From Macrostomum hystrix (Eukaryota; Animalia; Platyhelminthes), in the NCBI GenBank assembly GCA_950097015.1, contig CATNEN010000040.1, forward strand, positions 1 through 64,000: DNA of 64,000 nt, given 5' to 3'. The position numbers and the translations under genes were made by a program. Numbering within the stretch: position 1 is the stretch's first letter; every line of letters starts with the position of its first letter. The notes beneath the pieces are model-generated. The model made no database searches, was not told the DNA's origin, and saw nothing but the letters and a program-made list of their open reading frames with translations. This document shows, one piece after another, positions 14,110 through 26,614 of this stretch.

Positions 14110-15120
14110 AAATCAACGTCAACTGGGGAGTCATCATCAAAATGGGGATCATGGTAAACTGGGGGATAATCGTCAACTGGGGGATCATCATCAAATGGGG
14201 GATCATGGTCAACTTGGGGATCATTGTCAACTGGGTGATCATCATCAACTGGGGGATCATCATCAATTGGGGGATCTTTGTCAACTGGGGGATCATTGTC
14301 AACTGTGGGATCATTGTCAACTGGGGGATCATTGTCAACTGGTGGATCGTTGTCAACTGGGGGTTCATTGTCAACTGGGTGATCATCATCAACTGGGGGA
14401 TCATTGTCAACTGGGGGAACATTGTCAACTGGAGGAACATTGTTAACTGGGGATCATCATCAATGGGGAGTCATCATCAACTGGGGGATCATTGTGAACT
14501 GGAGGATCTTTGTCAACTGGGGGATCATTGTCAACTGGGGGATCGTTGTCAACTGGGGGTTCATTGTCAACTGGGTGATCATCATCAACTGGGGGATCAT
14601 TGTCAATTGGGGGAACATTGTCAACTGAAGGAACATTGTTAACTGGGGATCATCATCAATGGGGAGTCATCATCAACTGGGGGATCATTGTGAACTGGAA
14701 GATCTTTGTCAACTGGGGGATCATTCTCAACTGGGGGATCATTGTCAACTGGGGGATCATTGTCAACTGGGGGATCGTTGTCAACTGGGGGATCATCATC
14801 AACTGGGGGATCATTGTCAACTGGGGGTTCATTGTCAACTGTGGGATCATTGTCAACTGGGAGATCATCATCAAATGGGGGATCATTGTAAACTGTGGGA
14901 TCATTGTCAACTGGGGGATCATTGTCAACTGGGGGATCATTGTCAACTGGGGGATCATTGTCAACTGGGTTATCATTGTCAACTGGGGGATCATCATCAA
15001 CTGGGGGATTATTGTCAACTGGGGGTTCATTGTCAACTGGGGGATTATTGTCAACTGGGGGATTATTGTCAACTGGGAATTTATCATCAACGGGGGGATC
15101 ATTGTCAACTTGAGGTTCAT
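14110..15120 (+). repeat. 18-bp satellite array inside Helitron copy 3
   Basis: Direct reading. Confidence 0.95.
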
Positions 15121-15199
15121 TGTAGCTTTAAAAAGCTGTAAATTCAGCTGCTAAAAAGTATATACTAGACGAATTAAAAGTATTTCTGCTCCCCGAAGG

Positions 15200-16568
15200 A
15201 GCTAAACCAGCTATACCAGCTTTTGAATCATGGCTAAAACAGAGTTCTCAGTATCTGAGAAAATAAATAATCACCCCCCTGTTGACAACTATATGACAAC
15301 TGGGGGTTCATTGTCAACTGTGGGATCATTGTCAACGGGCGGGATCATTGTCAACTGGGAGATCATCATCAACGGGGGGATTATCATCAACTGGGGGATC
15401 ATTGTCAACTGGGGGATCATTGTCAACTGGGGGATCATTGTCAACTGGGGGATCATCATCAACTGGGGGATTATTGTCAACTGGGGGTTCATTGTCAACT
15501 GGGGGATTATTGTCAACTGGGGGATTATTGTCAACTGGGAATTTATCATCAACGGGGGGATCATTGTCAACTTGAGGTTCATTGTAGCTTTAAAAAGCTG
15601 TAAATTCAGCTGCTAAAAAGTATATACTAGACGAATTAAAAGTATTTCTGCTCCCCGAAGGAGCTAAACCAGCTATACCAGCTTTTGAATCATGGCTAAA
15701 ACAGAGTTCTCAGTATCTGAGAAAATAAATAATCACCCCCCTGTTGACAACTATATGACAACTGGGGGTTCATTGTCAACTGTGGGATCATTGTCAACGG
15801 GCGGGATCATTGTCAACTGGGAGATCATCATCAACGGGGGGATTATCATCAACTGGGGGATCATTGTCAACTGGGGGATCATTGTCAACTGGGGGATCAT
15901 TGTCAACTGGGGGATCATCATCAACTGGGGGATTATTGTCAACTGGGGGTTCATTGTCAACTGGGGGATTATTGTCAACTGGGGGATTATTGTCAACTGG
16001 GAATTTATCATCAACGGGGGGATCATTGTCAACTTGAGGTTCATTGTAGCTTTAAAAAGCTGTAAATTCAGCTGCTAAAAAGTATATACTAGACGAATTA
16101 AAAGTATTTCTGCTCCCCGAAGGAGCTAAACCAGCTATACCAGCTTTTGAATCATGGCTAAAACAGAGTTCTCAGTATCTGAGAAAATAAATAATCACCC
16201 CCCTGTTGACAACTATATGACAACTGGGGGTTCATTGTCAACTGTGGGATCATTGTCAACGGGCGGGATCATTGTCAACTGGGAGATCATCATCAACGGG
16301 GGGATTATCATCAACTGGGGGATCATTGTCAACTGGGGGATCATTGTCAACTGGGGGATCATTGTCAACTGGGGGATCATTGTCAACTGGGGGATCATTG
16401 TCAACTGGGGGATCATTGTCAACTGGGGGATCATTGTCAACTGGGGGATCATTGTCAACTGGGGGCTCATTGTAGCTTTAAAAAGCTGTAAATTCAGCTG
16501 CTAAAAAATATATATACTAGACGAATTAAAAGTATTTCTGCTCCCCGAAGGGGGGCAAAACTTGCTAG
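15200..16568 (+). repeat. Three tandem ~462-bp units containing the Helitron 3' terminal segment
   Basis: Units start at 15200, 15662 and 16124. Identical ORFs are called at 15230 and 15692 and a matching start at 16154. The hairpin is truncated (CCCCGAAGG|AGCT) before each unit, and only the last unit ends with an intact terminus. Confidence 0.92.
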
Positions 16569-17054
16569 TTATATCCTAAACTCCTTTAAAGAGTATAAAG
16601 CCTACATTGTACAAGAACAGATTTGGGCCAATTCAAACTTTAAATTATATAATGCAGTAAACTAGGAGTTTGTCCAAATTAGGATATCGTGATATTTTGT
16701 GGCATCTACGAACATCTCGTATGATGTTTTTTTCCTATAATTTTCTAGCAGTGAATCTCAGTCGTTCTATTTTGCTATTTTTTACGCCCTTTTTCTAGAC
16801 GAGATCCATTTTTTGCTTGAAGTAATTTATAAAACTCGATACTACGAACGTAAAAGAGCAAATTCAAATGAAGTTGATTACAAACAGTTTTCTTTGTTTT
16901 AGAAATCTAAATCATTCGATTTACCAACCGAATACGAGTGTACGATTCGCGTGTGTCTGTATCAGCTAAAATGTTTTGTGATTTTACATCCTAAGGCTGT
17001 GGTCCGCGCCTTGGTATGCAGGCAAAACGAAGGTACAAGAGACAAAAGCGGAAC

Positions 17055-17515
17055 TGGTTGACAGTGGAGAGATGAGATCAGGGAGACGGGAAACATGGGA
17101 GATGAGAATAAGGAGCATCAGGAACATTGGAGAGATGACTCAGATGAGACGGGAGAGATGAGAAAGGGGAGAGATGAGACGGGAGAAATTAGACAGGGGA
17201 GAGATAAGAGAGATAAGACGGGAGAGGTGAGACAGGAGCGATGAGACAGGGGAGATGAGACAGGGGGAGATAAGACGGGAGAGGTGAGACAGGAGCGATG
17301 AGACAGGGGAGATGAGACAGGGGAGAGATGAGACGGGAGAGGTGAGACAGGAGCGATGAGACAGGAGCGATGAGACAGGGGAGATGAGACAGGGGAGAGA
17401 TGAGACGGGAGAGGTGAGACAGGAGAGGTGAGACAGGAGTGATGAGACAGGGGAGAGTTGAGACATGGGAGAAATGAGACGGGAGAGATGGGACAAGGGG
17501 GAGTTGAGACAGGGT
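17055..17515 (+). repeat. Purine-rich degenerate minisatellite (GAGATGAGACAGGG-like)
   Basis: Direct reading. Resembles the reverse complement of the internal repeat of the hAT MITE at 36284. Confidence 0.85.
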
Positions 17516-18297
17516 TTTGCGGGCCGTACCCTACTAGTGTCCCAGAGTTTTGACCCCTTCGCGAAGGTTCTGCTGGGAAGCTACCACTTGGAAAAGCTAC
17601 CAAGACAGTGATTACACGAATAGTTTTTAACCCCGCGACGGTAAACGCATCGTGTTCTTTTCTCAACAGCTAAACTCTCCGCCACGTTGTGAGCAATTTA
17701 CGAGCGGTAATTATTCACTTGAACTGTCATTTCGTGTGTTTTTTAAGAGGCTTGATTGCCCAGTTGCACCCTTTAACAATTTTCTATTCCGAGCAGCTTG
17801 CGATTTTACGTGTTTTCGGCAGTGTTTTCACAATTCTTTAGACAGCTGCTAGCGTACCTGATTCTAAACATTCTTTGGTTTTTTGGCAATTAAATTTACA
17901 AAACTATCCCTGTTCGCTTTTATTAGCACTTTGCAATGCTTATTGTTATTCCACAATTAACACACAAATACAAAAAACTGAAGATAAGCGTGGAAAAGTG
18001 CGCGCTGATTGGGCAGCATAGAAGATAAGACTGGAGGCTGCCCAGCAACCGGCAGCAGCTCACTCATGCCGCATTTTATCCCTGAGTTTCTTCAGACTGA
18101 CCACAAAGGCCAGACAAGCGAGAAATTAAGGTTGACACCAGGCCTGATAAGATCCATCACCTGCTGGACTTGGTGCCGCATCTGAATCCAAGGAGTCACC
18201 CCCAAATCCTCGGTGGCGAGATTGCAATTGCGAGATTTAACTGAGCGCAGCTATAGCGCGGCGCTTCAAAAGGCTGAGCGCAGCTGCTCCAAATACA

Positions 18298-18455
18298 TGT
18301 TCAGTCCATGGACAGTAGACACCAAACCCGCTGAAATGTTTACGCCAGCTAATGCTGGCACTCATTTTTTGGCTGGTTGACTGAAAGCAATAGAGAATTG
18401 CTCAAGGACTTAAAATTATGAGATTCGAACTGCGGACCTCCATTTGCGCATGAGC
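18298..18455 (-). mobile_element. tRNA-derived SINE fragment
   Basis: Reverse B-box (GAGATTCGAACT) and the CAGTCCATGGAC motif shared with 36870 and 39232. Confidence 0.5.
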
Positions 18456-18923
18456 AATGATAGGTCTCTTTAGGTATCGAGAAAGATTAAAAGTCTATGG
18501 ATAGAAATAATGAATCCAAGATAGAAAAAATTACAAAGCACGTTCAAACAACTCATAAGTCAGCAACAGCAGCAGCCTAAAACAGTTCAATTGCATGTGA
18601 TTTGCTTCTCTGTTTATATTCTTTATTGAAACTTCACGACCAACATTTAATTATCCAGACAAATCAGCGACTAAAAGCAGCAATAAAATATGGGCATTCG
18701 CGATGCGAGAAATGCAAGTTCGCACATGCACACACGAGCACTCTGCGCCTGAGTAGGGCTAGCAGGCGTCAATGCTGGATCTCTTATTAGTAGTTGAGCT
18801 GAAAACGGTGTCCCAATCCCGCAAGCCAGCCATCGCTCGCTAAACACAATTCTTAAACACACTCAATATACTCAAGAAGCAGTAGGTAAATTACAGGAAA
18901 TGAGCCTAGCCAGTGTCAGGACA

Positions 18924-21900
18924 TTATCGCCCTCGCCGAGGCCTCTTGGCTACTCGACCGCCGCCAACGCCGGTTGCCCGCCGTTTGCGCTGATTAGCCA
19001 TCGACCGCCCGCCTCCGCGTCGATCGATGCGGTCTGCGCGCACCCGGTCCCAGTGGGCCCGCTTTGCAGCCTTCGCCTGATCGATAGTGTCGCCTTCCAA
19101 CAGCTCGGCGAAACCTTCCGCATCCTCGTCGGCGTCGACTTCGCCTTGGCCAGCGTCCTCGCCGATATCATCACCGACATCCATTTCTCCATCGTTTCCG
19201 TCGTCTCCATCGTCCGTCATGCCGAGATCAGACAGCTCCTCATCGTCCAGCATGTCAATGTCGCCATCGTCGCCGTCCTCATCGTCGTCCACACTGTCGC
19301 CATCGTCGTCCTGGCCGCGAGACTTTGCCTTCTTTTTCTTCGCCCCACCCTTGTCGTGTTCTGCAGCCGCCCTGCCGAAATCGTCGGCAAAGTCGGTGGC
19401 CTCAGCGTCGCCAGCCAGGCCGTGCTCGTAGTCGTCCAAGAAGCTGTCAAACTCTTCGTCGGCAACGGAGCTGGCGTCCGAATCGAAGTCGTCCGGCGGT
19501 CGGCGGCCTTCGCCAACGATGCGCAGGTAGCGATGCAGGTGACGCTCCGTTGGGGCCACCTCGGCCTCGTCAGGAATGCGCGCCAGCTCTTCGCGCGTTG
19601 GCGCCGACTTGGCGCCGGCAGCGGATCGGCGCCTAGGCCGAAACCGAGCGGAGGGATCGCCGGGCGGAGGTGCCTTTTTCGGATTTTTAAACGAGAATCG
19701 CTCCAGAAACTTGGATAACGAGAAGTCCACAAGAGGATCGCCGTCGTACACTATTGGCTGCCTGCGGGATTGACGATGGTGAGCAACGGATCGGAAATAA
19801 ATTCACATACATGAATGTCACATGCTTTCGCAATGTAAGGGCTATTATCACCTACTTTCATGATCTGTAATATGTACTCTGTTACAGAACTGCCATGCTA
19901 TAATGTACCTACGGTCTACCATGGGGGGTGACCAAGAACTCGATTCCGTGGCGAGGCTACATTCATTTTGGGCGCAGCCGCGGAGAGAAGGCTTGGGGCT
20001 TGTCGTGCAATTTAAGCTTTTGAGGGCCAACCTTCAAGGCAATTGGCAAGTAAACATAGTACAAGCCATATCAATTTAAAGTCAGCGGCGGCTGTGGCCC
20101 ATATCAGGCTGAGCAAAAAATGGGCGGAAAATAGAATGGCAATGCAGGAACGAGTTTTAATCTACATTGAGTTAGTGCTCTGAGACAATACAATGCTTAA
20201 CTATGCGACATCACTCACTTGGCAATGATCTGCGATGTGAACAGTCGCACAGACGGGTGACAGTGTGACAGGAAATGCGGCAGCTCCCAGAGTGGCTCCG
20301 CCTCGGCGCCGCAGAATTCCGGCTGGCGACTCAGCGGGTCGTAGGTTGGCGACGACTCAGCCGCAGCGGCGGCGGCCGAGCTGCCTGGCTCGGTGCAGCG
20401 GCCAGAGAGCATGTCGGTTACTAGGCCGGGCCTATCGCCCTCCAACTGGCCAATTAGTAGCAGGGTGGCGCAGATAAATGCCGAGTCTTGCAGCGTGGCC
20501 ACCTGTGGTATCATAGGGATGTAGCTGTATATTTATGATTGGACTAAGGTGGGCTCGATTGGTTACAATACCCGATTTATGATTTATGGCACAATTCCGA
20601 TCTCATTTACAATCCAGATTTCAGGTACAATCCCCGAATTCAGGTACAATCCCGGATTTCAGGTACAATCCCGGATTTCAGGTACAATCCGGATTTCAGG
20701 TACAATCCTGATCTCAGGCACAATCCTGATGTCAGGTACAATCCTGATCTCTGGCACATCCCTGATCTCTGGCACAATCCTGATCTCAGGTACAACATTG
20801 GTTTCCATGAATTCCATTCGCTAAGAGAAGGTGCTTAGAAAAATGTGAATAAACCCAATGGGCAACGAACTCAGGACCCCACACAGTCGCTCGCTAGTCC
20901 TCACCTGCAGTAGTCGGCGCACAAACGCGCGCACCCTGGCCAGCCGGCTGTCCCAGCTCAGACTGCGGTATAGCAGATGCAGCAGCATGGTCCGCTTGGC
21001 CACCGGGCCAATGTCCAATAGGCGCTGGTACAGGGCCCGATAGAATCGATCGCTAAGCGACGGATCTCGCTGAACTAATTGGAACAGCACCAGCAGGCAC
21101 TGGACGCCGACATTGAATCCGGCCAGGTGGACCAGGCCGAACAGCAGGCGGGCGTGCTCGGACAGTTCGGCCAGTTTATCCGGGCCGCAGAATGGCAGCG
21201 CCCGGTGCAGGCCAGTCAAGAGGCCTGCAAATAGGCGGCCGGCCACTTCCTGCCGCTTGGCGGCCGCTTTGAAGAAGGCCAGGTAGATTCCAGCGAGTCG
21301 GCCAGCCACGCCGCCAGTGTTTGTGTCGGCTGCGGTCAGGGGCAGCTGGCATAGCAGGCAGACGGCGTAGCGCTGGGTGCGCGCCACCCCGGAGCTGCCG
21401 CCGCTGTTGCTGCCGCCGCGAAAGAGAAGGCGCTCGATTTCGTCAACTAGGGTGGCCTGGTTTGGTAATGTCAAAATTGAATAAAAAAGTACTTAAATAA
21501 TTTTAGCAATATTTGATTGCTAATCAAATCTTTGATTGCATCTGCCTGAATTGGGCCAGATGTGCAGCCAACAGCACAGCCGCATCTGAAAGCTGCGCAC
21601 AGCTTTTCAGTACATCGACTAAAGAGACACCACCCCGCCCTTGACTAGCCCATACCTTAACAACTGGGTGTCTTGCCAAAGGTCACAAATTGTTCCAGCA
21701 GAGTCAGGAATCGAACCCCCGACAGTTAAATCGTGAGTCCGTGAGTCCAACATTTTAACCACTATGCTACAACCATGACTAGCTGTAGCTAGATTCACAC
21801 GACTCACAATGAAGCTATTTTTCGTATATTAAATGGTCCTTGGTCATGGGCACAAGCCTTATAGGTAAAGTTCGCTTACCTTCATCTCCGGCCGCTGGGT

Positions 21901-22704
21901 GGCCAGCAGCCGCAGGCGGTGCAGGGCGGCGCCGCAGACCCGCCTGCTCGGATCGCCCAGCTTGTTAGCCAGGCTGGCCAGGGCCCGGCTGCGACAGTCT
22001 CGATGCCCGACGGCCAACTCGGCGACAGCGGCAACTGCGCGCAGCCTGGCCGCGTCAACCGGATCGCGCAGCAGGCCGTCCAGCCTGTCAAGGAACTGCT
22101 CCAGGAGGCGGGCCAAGCGCTCTTCGAAGCTCCAGAGAGCGCGAATATGGCGCGCCGCTTCGCGACCTTTGCGCGTCAGAATCGGCGCCAGTCGAGTGAA
22201 CGGGCGCCGATCTAGAGGGACCAGGCGCCTACCTGGCGGCAACAGGTGCTCCAGGAACAAAGACTTGACAGCTTCAAGAACAGTGAGAGCGTCGCGCTTG
22301 GCCTTCGGTGTCACCATGTCGATGAGAGACTCCAGGTGGGCCAGACTCGCCAGTGGGTGGTCGCGAACCAGGCCGATCATGACGCCCATCCGATCAGCCT
22401 GTGTGCCCGATTCCAGCACTCTGGCAGCGAATCGGTCAGCGAAGGTCTTCGAGGCCTGCATGTCCGCCCGGAAGGCTTTGGCCATCTGGGCCAGAGCTTC
22501 GGAACCTTTTTTGCGGGCGAAATCCGCCTTGCCAGACGGCTCGGAAGGTTCGCTTGGCTTCAACGAGGCCTTCGTGAGTGGATCTCGGTACCACTTGGGG
22601 GCGGCTGCGCCAGACGAGCCTTCCTCATCGTCCCGCTTGGCTGACGTTGAGGATGGCGCAACTCGCGCCTGCTTCGACTTGGAGTGATTGCCGTTTGGTA
22701 TCGT
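18924..22704 (-). CDS. CEBPZ: CCAAT/enhancer-binding protein zeta / Noc1-Mak21 (CBF domain) 60S biogenesis factor; exons 22704-21880, 21456-20905, 20502-20219, 19761-18924
   Basis: Recognisable motifs GTQADRM...LLPPGRRL..RPF, DEIERLLFR, SDRFYRALY, YDPLSRQPEFCGAE..LWEL..HPSVRLF and YDGDPLVDFSLSKFLERF, plus an acidic/basic tail. GT-AG junctions join in frame. No in-frame ATG before the 22704 acceptor. Confidence 0.93.
19920..20040 (+). mobile_element. SINE fragment in CEBPZ intron (family also at 39500-39600 and 50170-50290)
   Basis: Shared GCCTTCTCTCCGC.GCTGCGCCC.AAAT.AAT.T.GCCTCGCC.CGGAATCGAG on the minus strand, containing a B-box-like CTCGATTCC on plus. Confidence 0.6.
20590..20795 (+). 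repeat. 18/19-bp intronic minisatellite (CAGGTACAATCCYGRTYT)
   Basis: Direct reading. Confidence 0.9.
21610..21785 (-). mobile_element. tRNA/CORE-like SINE in CEBPZ intron
   Basis: The minus strand has an A-box-like TAGCATAGTGG, B-box GGTTCGATTCC and core TGTGACCTTTGGCAAGACAC. A similar copy lies at 39230-39400. Confidence 0.6.
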
Positions 22705-22784
22705 CTGCAAAGTTAAGTTTGAATTGTTTAATGCATGCACGGCTGACGCAACAGCAAGCTTAACAGGACTACCCGTTTTTGGTG

Positions 22785-23260
22785 GGGGTGGCAGAGCGGG
22801 CTGCAGACCCCATGCCTTCTATGGTGATGGTGGCAGAGCGGGCGGCAGACCCCATGCCTTCTATGGTGAGGGTGGCAGAGCGGGCGACAGACCCCATGCC
22901 TTCTATGGTGATGGTGGCAGACCCCATGCCTTCTATGGTGATGGTGGCAGAGCGGGCTGCAGACCCCATGCCTTCTATGGTGATGGTGGCAGAGCGGGCT
23001 GCAGACCCCATGCCTTCTATGGTGATGGTGGCAGAGCGGGTGGCAGACTCCATGCCTTCTATGGTGATGGTGGCAGAGCGGGTGGCAGACTCCATGCCTT
23101 CTATGGTGATGGTGGCAGAGCGGGTGGCAGACCCCATGCCTTCTATGGTGATGGTGGCAGAGCGGGTGGCAGACCCCATGCCTTCTATGGTGAGGGTGGC
23201 AGAGCGGATGGCAGACTCCATGCCTTCTATGGTGAGGGTGGCAGAGCGGGCGGCAGATCC
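22785..23260 (+). repeat. 42-bp minisatellite just upstream of the CEBPZ acceptor
   Basis: 14-aa periodicity in three overlapping ORFs. Confidence 0.93.
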
Positions 23261-24519
23261 CATAACATTATGATTCCGTGAGTGTAGAGCGGGCATTTCT
23301 ACTGTGCCTGTGAGTGCTAACAAAATAATTCAGTAAGAATGAATAAAGGAGAAGAGAACTGTTAAATATTGATATAAGGCAAACGAGCAGTTTATAATAG
23401 ACGATTGCTAATTATTGTAAATATTTGAAGGCTGATGATATAAAATAGTACACAACTAACATTTAGAATTGGTAGGTTAACAATAGTCACTAATAAATTG
23501 CGCAATAATAGTCATATTTATGCCAAACAGTAAAGGCAATAAACAACAAAGCTATTTATTTGATTATTGAGAAAACTTTTAGAAGAAAAATAGCAAAACA
23601 TATTTTTACTATTTTACTACTAATTTTTGCTTAATCGGAATGTGTGCGAAAATGATTCGATCTGATTAGCAGAATAAAAAGTAGCCGATCAAAAAAACTT
23701 TTAATCAGCAGACTGGCAGCAAGCCGTTAACAATATTCACACACTAGGCACTATTGGCAGTAATATAAGCACTTGCGTATAAATAGTGAACAGATGAATA
23801 AAACAATTTTAATTATCAGTATTCCAGCATGATAGCCGAGCTAAATCAGAAAAATGATGGCACCAATTTAAAAACAAGACCAAAAAGGACAAAACGACTT
23901 TCATTAAAATATCTGTCATGAAAAAAGTTAGAAAACACAAAAATGTAGAAAAAAATTTCTGCCGGAATATCCTAGGATTTTTGTTTCAATATCTTGGAAG
24001 ATCAAGGACAAAACTAGTAGATTTCTTAAGTTACAAAAAACAACAAAAAAATGAGACCAAAATCAACTAATGAGCATTAACTAGTGTTTTTATAAAAATG
24101 TAGACAAACAGAACTAAAAAACTGGCCATGGAATGTTGCTATGTACATACAATTACAGTGCTTTTACCACACTACTTATTAAAAAAAGCAGAATAAAGTA
24201 AAATTTCGCATTCATTGTGAATGTCTGATCGGAAGACAGAATATTTGATTGAAATTGGGCACAAATAGTGCATAAAAAACAGCAAAGCACATTTATCAGC
24301 TTTCCAGACGACATTTTCAATCGACATAGCGTGAAATCAGAAGACCATTAATTAAAAATAAAGTTCACATATTAACATTTATATTACACATTATTATTTG
24401 TCTCCAGAAGCCACTGAAATCGTGAGTGTCAGTTGTTACTAGAAAGCAGGCACTGCAGTTTATTCCTTTCATTCATGGGACAAATTAAAATAACAAATAA
24501 GTTAAGTCTATAAGTAAGC

Positions 24520-25370
24520 CCTATACAGTCTAGAACAGTAGACTGTACAGCCTGGAACAGTAGACCCTACAGCCTGGAACAGTAAACCCTACAGCTAATA
24601 CAGTAAACACTACAGCCTGGAACAGTAAACCAAACAGCCTGGAACAGTAAACCCTACATCCTTATACAGTAAACACTACAGCCTGGAACTGTAAACCCAA
24701 CAGCCTGGAACAGTAAACCCTTCAGCCTTATACAGTAAACACTAGTCTGGAACTGTAAACCCAACAGCCTGGAACAGTAAACCCTACATCCTTATACAGT
24801 AAACACTACAGCCTGGAACTGTAAACCCTACATCCTTATACAGTAAACACTACAGCCTGGAACTGTAAACCCAACAGCCTGGAACAGTAAACCCTTCAGC
24901 CTTATACAGTAAACACTAGTCTGGAACTGTAAACCCAACAGCCTGGAACAGTAAACCCTTCAGCCTTATACAGTAAACACTAGTCTGGAACTGTAAAACC
25001 TACAGCCTGGTACAGTAAACCCTTCAGCCTTATACAGTAAACACTAGTCTGGAACTGTAAACCCAACAGCCTGGAACAGTAAACCCTTTAGCCTTATACA
25101 GTAAACACTAGTCTGGAACTGTAAACCCAACAGCCTGGAACAGTAAACCCTTCAGCCTTATACAGTAAACACTAGTCTGGAACTGTAAAACCTACAGCCT
25201 GGTACAGTAAACCCAACAGCCTGGAACAGTAAACCCTTCAGCCTTATACAATAAACACTACAGCCTGGTACAGTAAAACCTACAGCCTAGTACAGTAAAA
25301 CCTACAGCCTAGTACAGTAAACCCAACAGTCTGGAACAGTAAGCCTACAGCCTGGTACAGTAAACCCAGT
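24520..25370 (+). repeat. ~22-bp minisatellite (CAGCCTGGAACAGTAAACCCTA) with ~64-bp higher-order unit
   Basis: Direct reading. Begins about 100 bp downstream of the claudin-like stop. Confidence 0.9.
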
Positions 25371-25474
25371 AAACAGTTCGAAACAGAAAGTTTTACAGCT
25401 TAACACAGCAGATCCTACAGTTAAAAACAGTAAACCGTCAGACAGGCTTTGCGGCTATTAGTCCGTGCAGCAGC

Positions 25475-26185
25475 TCAAATGACGGTATCCGCCCCAGACT
25501 GGCTGCGCGACACCAGCTTCTCAGTGACAGACTTGGCGTGCATTGGAAAGGCGTACTCATGGATCTGGGTGAGCTCCCTATCCAGCTTCATCTGCGGCAC
25601 CAGGAAGCAGCTGGTGAAGAAGCAGAACAGTGCGGCAATGATGGCCAGGCCGAAGCTCCAGGATGGCCAGTTGAGTGACGGCAGCGGCAGCCAGTAGGGA
25701 TCCAGACATTTGCCACCGAAGATGATGACACCGATGCCAATCAGGCTTCCAATGACCATGAACAGGTAGGCCAGACTGCGGCTGAGCAGCGCTCGCCTCT
25801 CCGCATTTTTGATGCAGCCCAGGACGTACAGAATGCAGAGAATGAAGCCGGCAATGAGCAGGAGCAGGCTGATGGTGATGAGAAACTGTACAAAGCGGAA
25901 CCAGGGCGGCATGAGGAAGTCGCGAATCGGGTAGAACTCGGGCGCGAATGCCCACCAGCAGCCAAAGTAGGAGCGCATGTCCGGGTCCAACCGGTGCACC
26001 AGGCCGTCTAGGCAGAATTCCCACAGGCCCAACCGGTCCACCGGGGTGTGCACCCGGGGCCAGGACTGCAGCCAGTAGGGTGTCACAAATGACAGGATGG
26101 TGCAGAGCAGGCTGATTAGTGAGCACACAAGGGCTGCTCGGGCGTAGCCGGAAACGCGGCGCTTTGTTTCGTACTCGGATGTCAT
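25475..26185 (-). CDS. Claudin/PMP22-family four-TM protein (invertebrate septate-junction claudin-like), single coding exon
   Basis: PYW...GLWEFC...C signature and four hydrophobic segments. ATG at 26185, acceptor TTTTACAG 20 nt upstream. Confidence 0.88.
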   Translation of the reverse strand: MTSEYETKRRVSGYARAALVCSLISLLCTILSFVTPYWLQSWPRVHTPVDRLGLWEFCLDGLVHRLDPDMRSYFGCWWAFAPEFYPIRDFLMPPWFRFVQFLITISLLLLIAGFILCILYVLGCIKNAERRALLSRSLAYLFMVIGSLIGIGVIIFGGKCLDPYWLPLPSLNWPSWSFGLAIIAALFCFFTSCFLVPQMKLDRELTQIHEYAFPMHAKSVTEKLVSRSQSGADTVI

Positions 26186-26614
26186 GGCTGGAATGTTATA
26201 GGGCACTGTAAAACTGGAGCAACTAAGATCAGCGGTTGGTGGAAAATAGTCCTAGCTTAAACACTATCTAAACTATAACAACTGAATTGAAATACCCTGT
26301 GGTCCTTCTACTATTAGTAGTAAGCAAAAGAAGAACGCTGTAAAATTCCACACAAAGTGTTTAAAAGTTTTTGTTTCAAAAAATGCATCATTCATTGCGT
26401 CAACGCGCAATGAGATGGGGCCGATCTCATTACTCATTCAGATAGCAATGAGTCGAAATGCATCTTTACTAAGCATGCTTGCAAAGGCTTTATATTTTGA
26501 AGGATTACATATCGGCTGACAAACAGTGCATCTGATGTGAGATAAGACATAGAAAATCAGCAGCCACAAGCAACAGTGGGCCAGTCAGCACCTCTCCGGC
26601 TCCATTAGCAGTGC

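Larger units (their letters stand above)
10074..16568 (+). mobile_element. Non-autonomous Helitron-like element, copy 3 (6495 bp, reiterated 3' end)
   Basis: Starts TCCACTATACT at 10074 and ends hairpin + CTAG (16565-16568) followed by T, as expected for an A^T Helitron target. Confidence 0.85.

Noticed and set aside
5665-16504. Dozens of ORFs with LGDHCQ, STGGSL, WGIIVN or QLTMIP repeats (look like His/Cys metal-binding or antifreeze repeats)
   Set aside because: They are open in nearly all frames on both strands because the 18-bp monomer lacks stops. No splice structure, and they lie inside a Helitron.
1-16568. CRISPR-like appearance of regular short repeats
   Set aside because: Monomers are contiguous with no unique spacers, there are no cas genes, and the context is eukaryotic.
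17511-17538. Possible second Helitron 3' end (AGGGT...ACCCT A CTAG T)
   Set aside because: The hairpin is weak, only 1 nt from CTAG, and no matching 5' TC end was identified.
18000-18300. GC-rich stretch that might be an exon
   Set aside because: No convincing ORF, homology motif or paired splice sites seen.
18900-22763. Long antisense and alternate-frame ORFs over CEBPZ (similar ones over PPAN, DNAJC9, HEATR6 and Amt)
   Set aside because: Shadows of GC-rich coding exons, with no independent motifs.
22688-23323. GGRAGCRPHAFYGD repeat protein or a CEBPZ N-terminal extension
   Set aside because: A 42-bp minisatellite open in several frames. The sense-strand ORF stops at 22769, before the acceptor.
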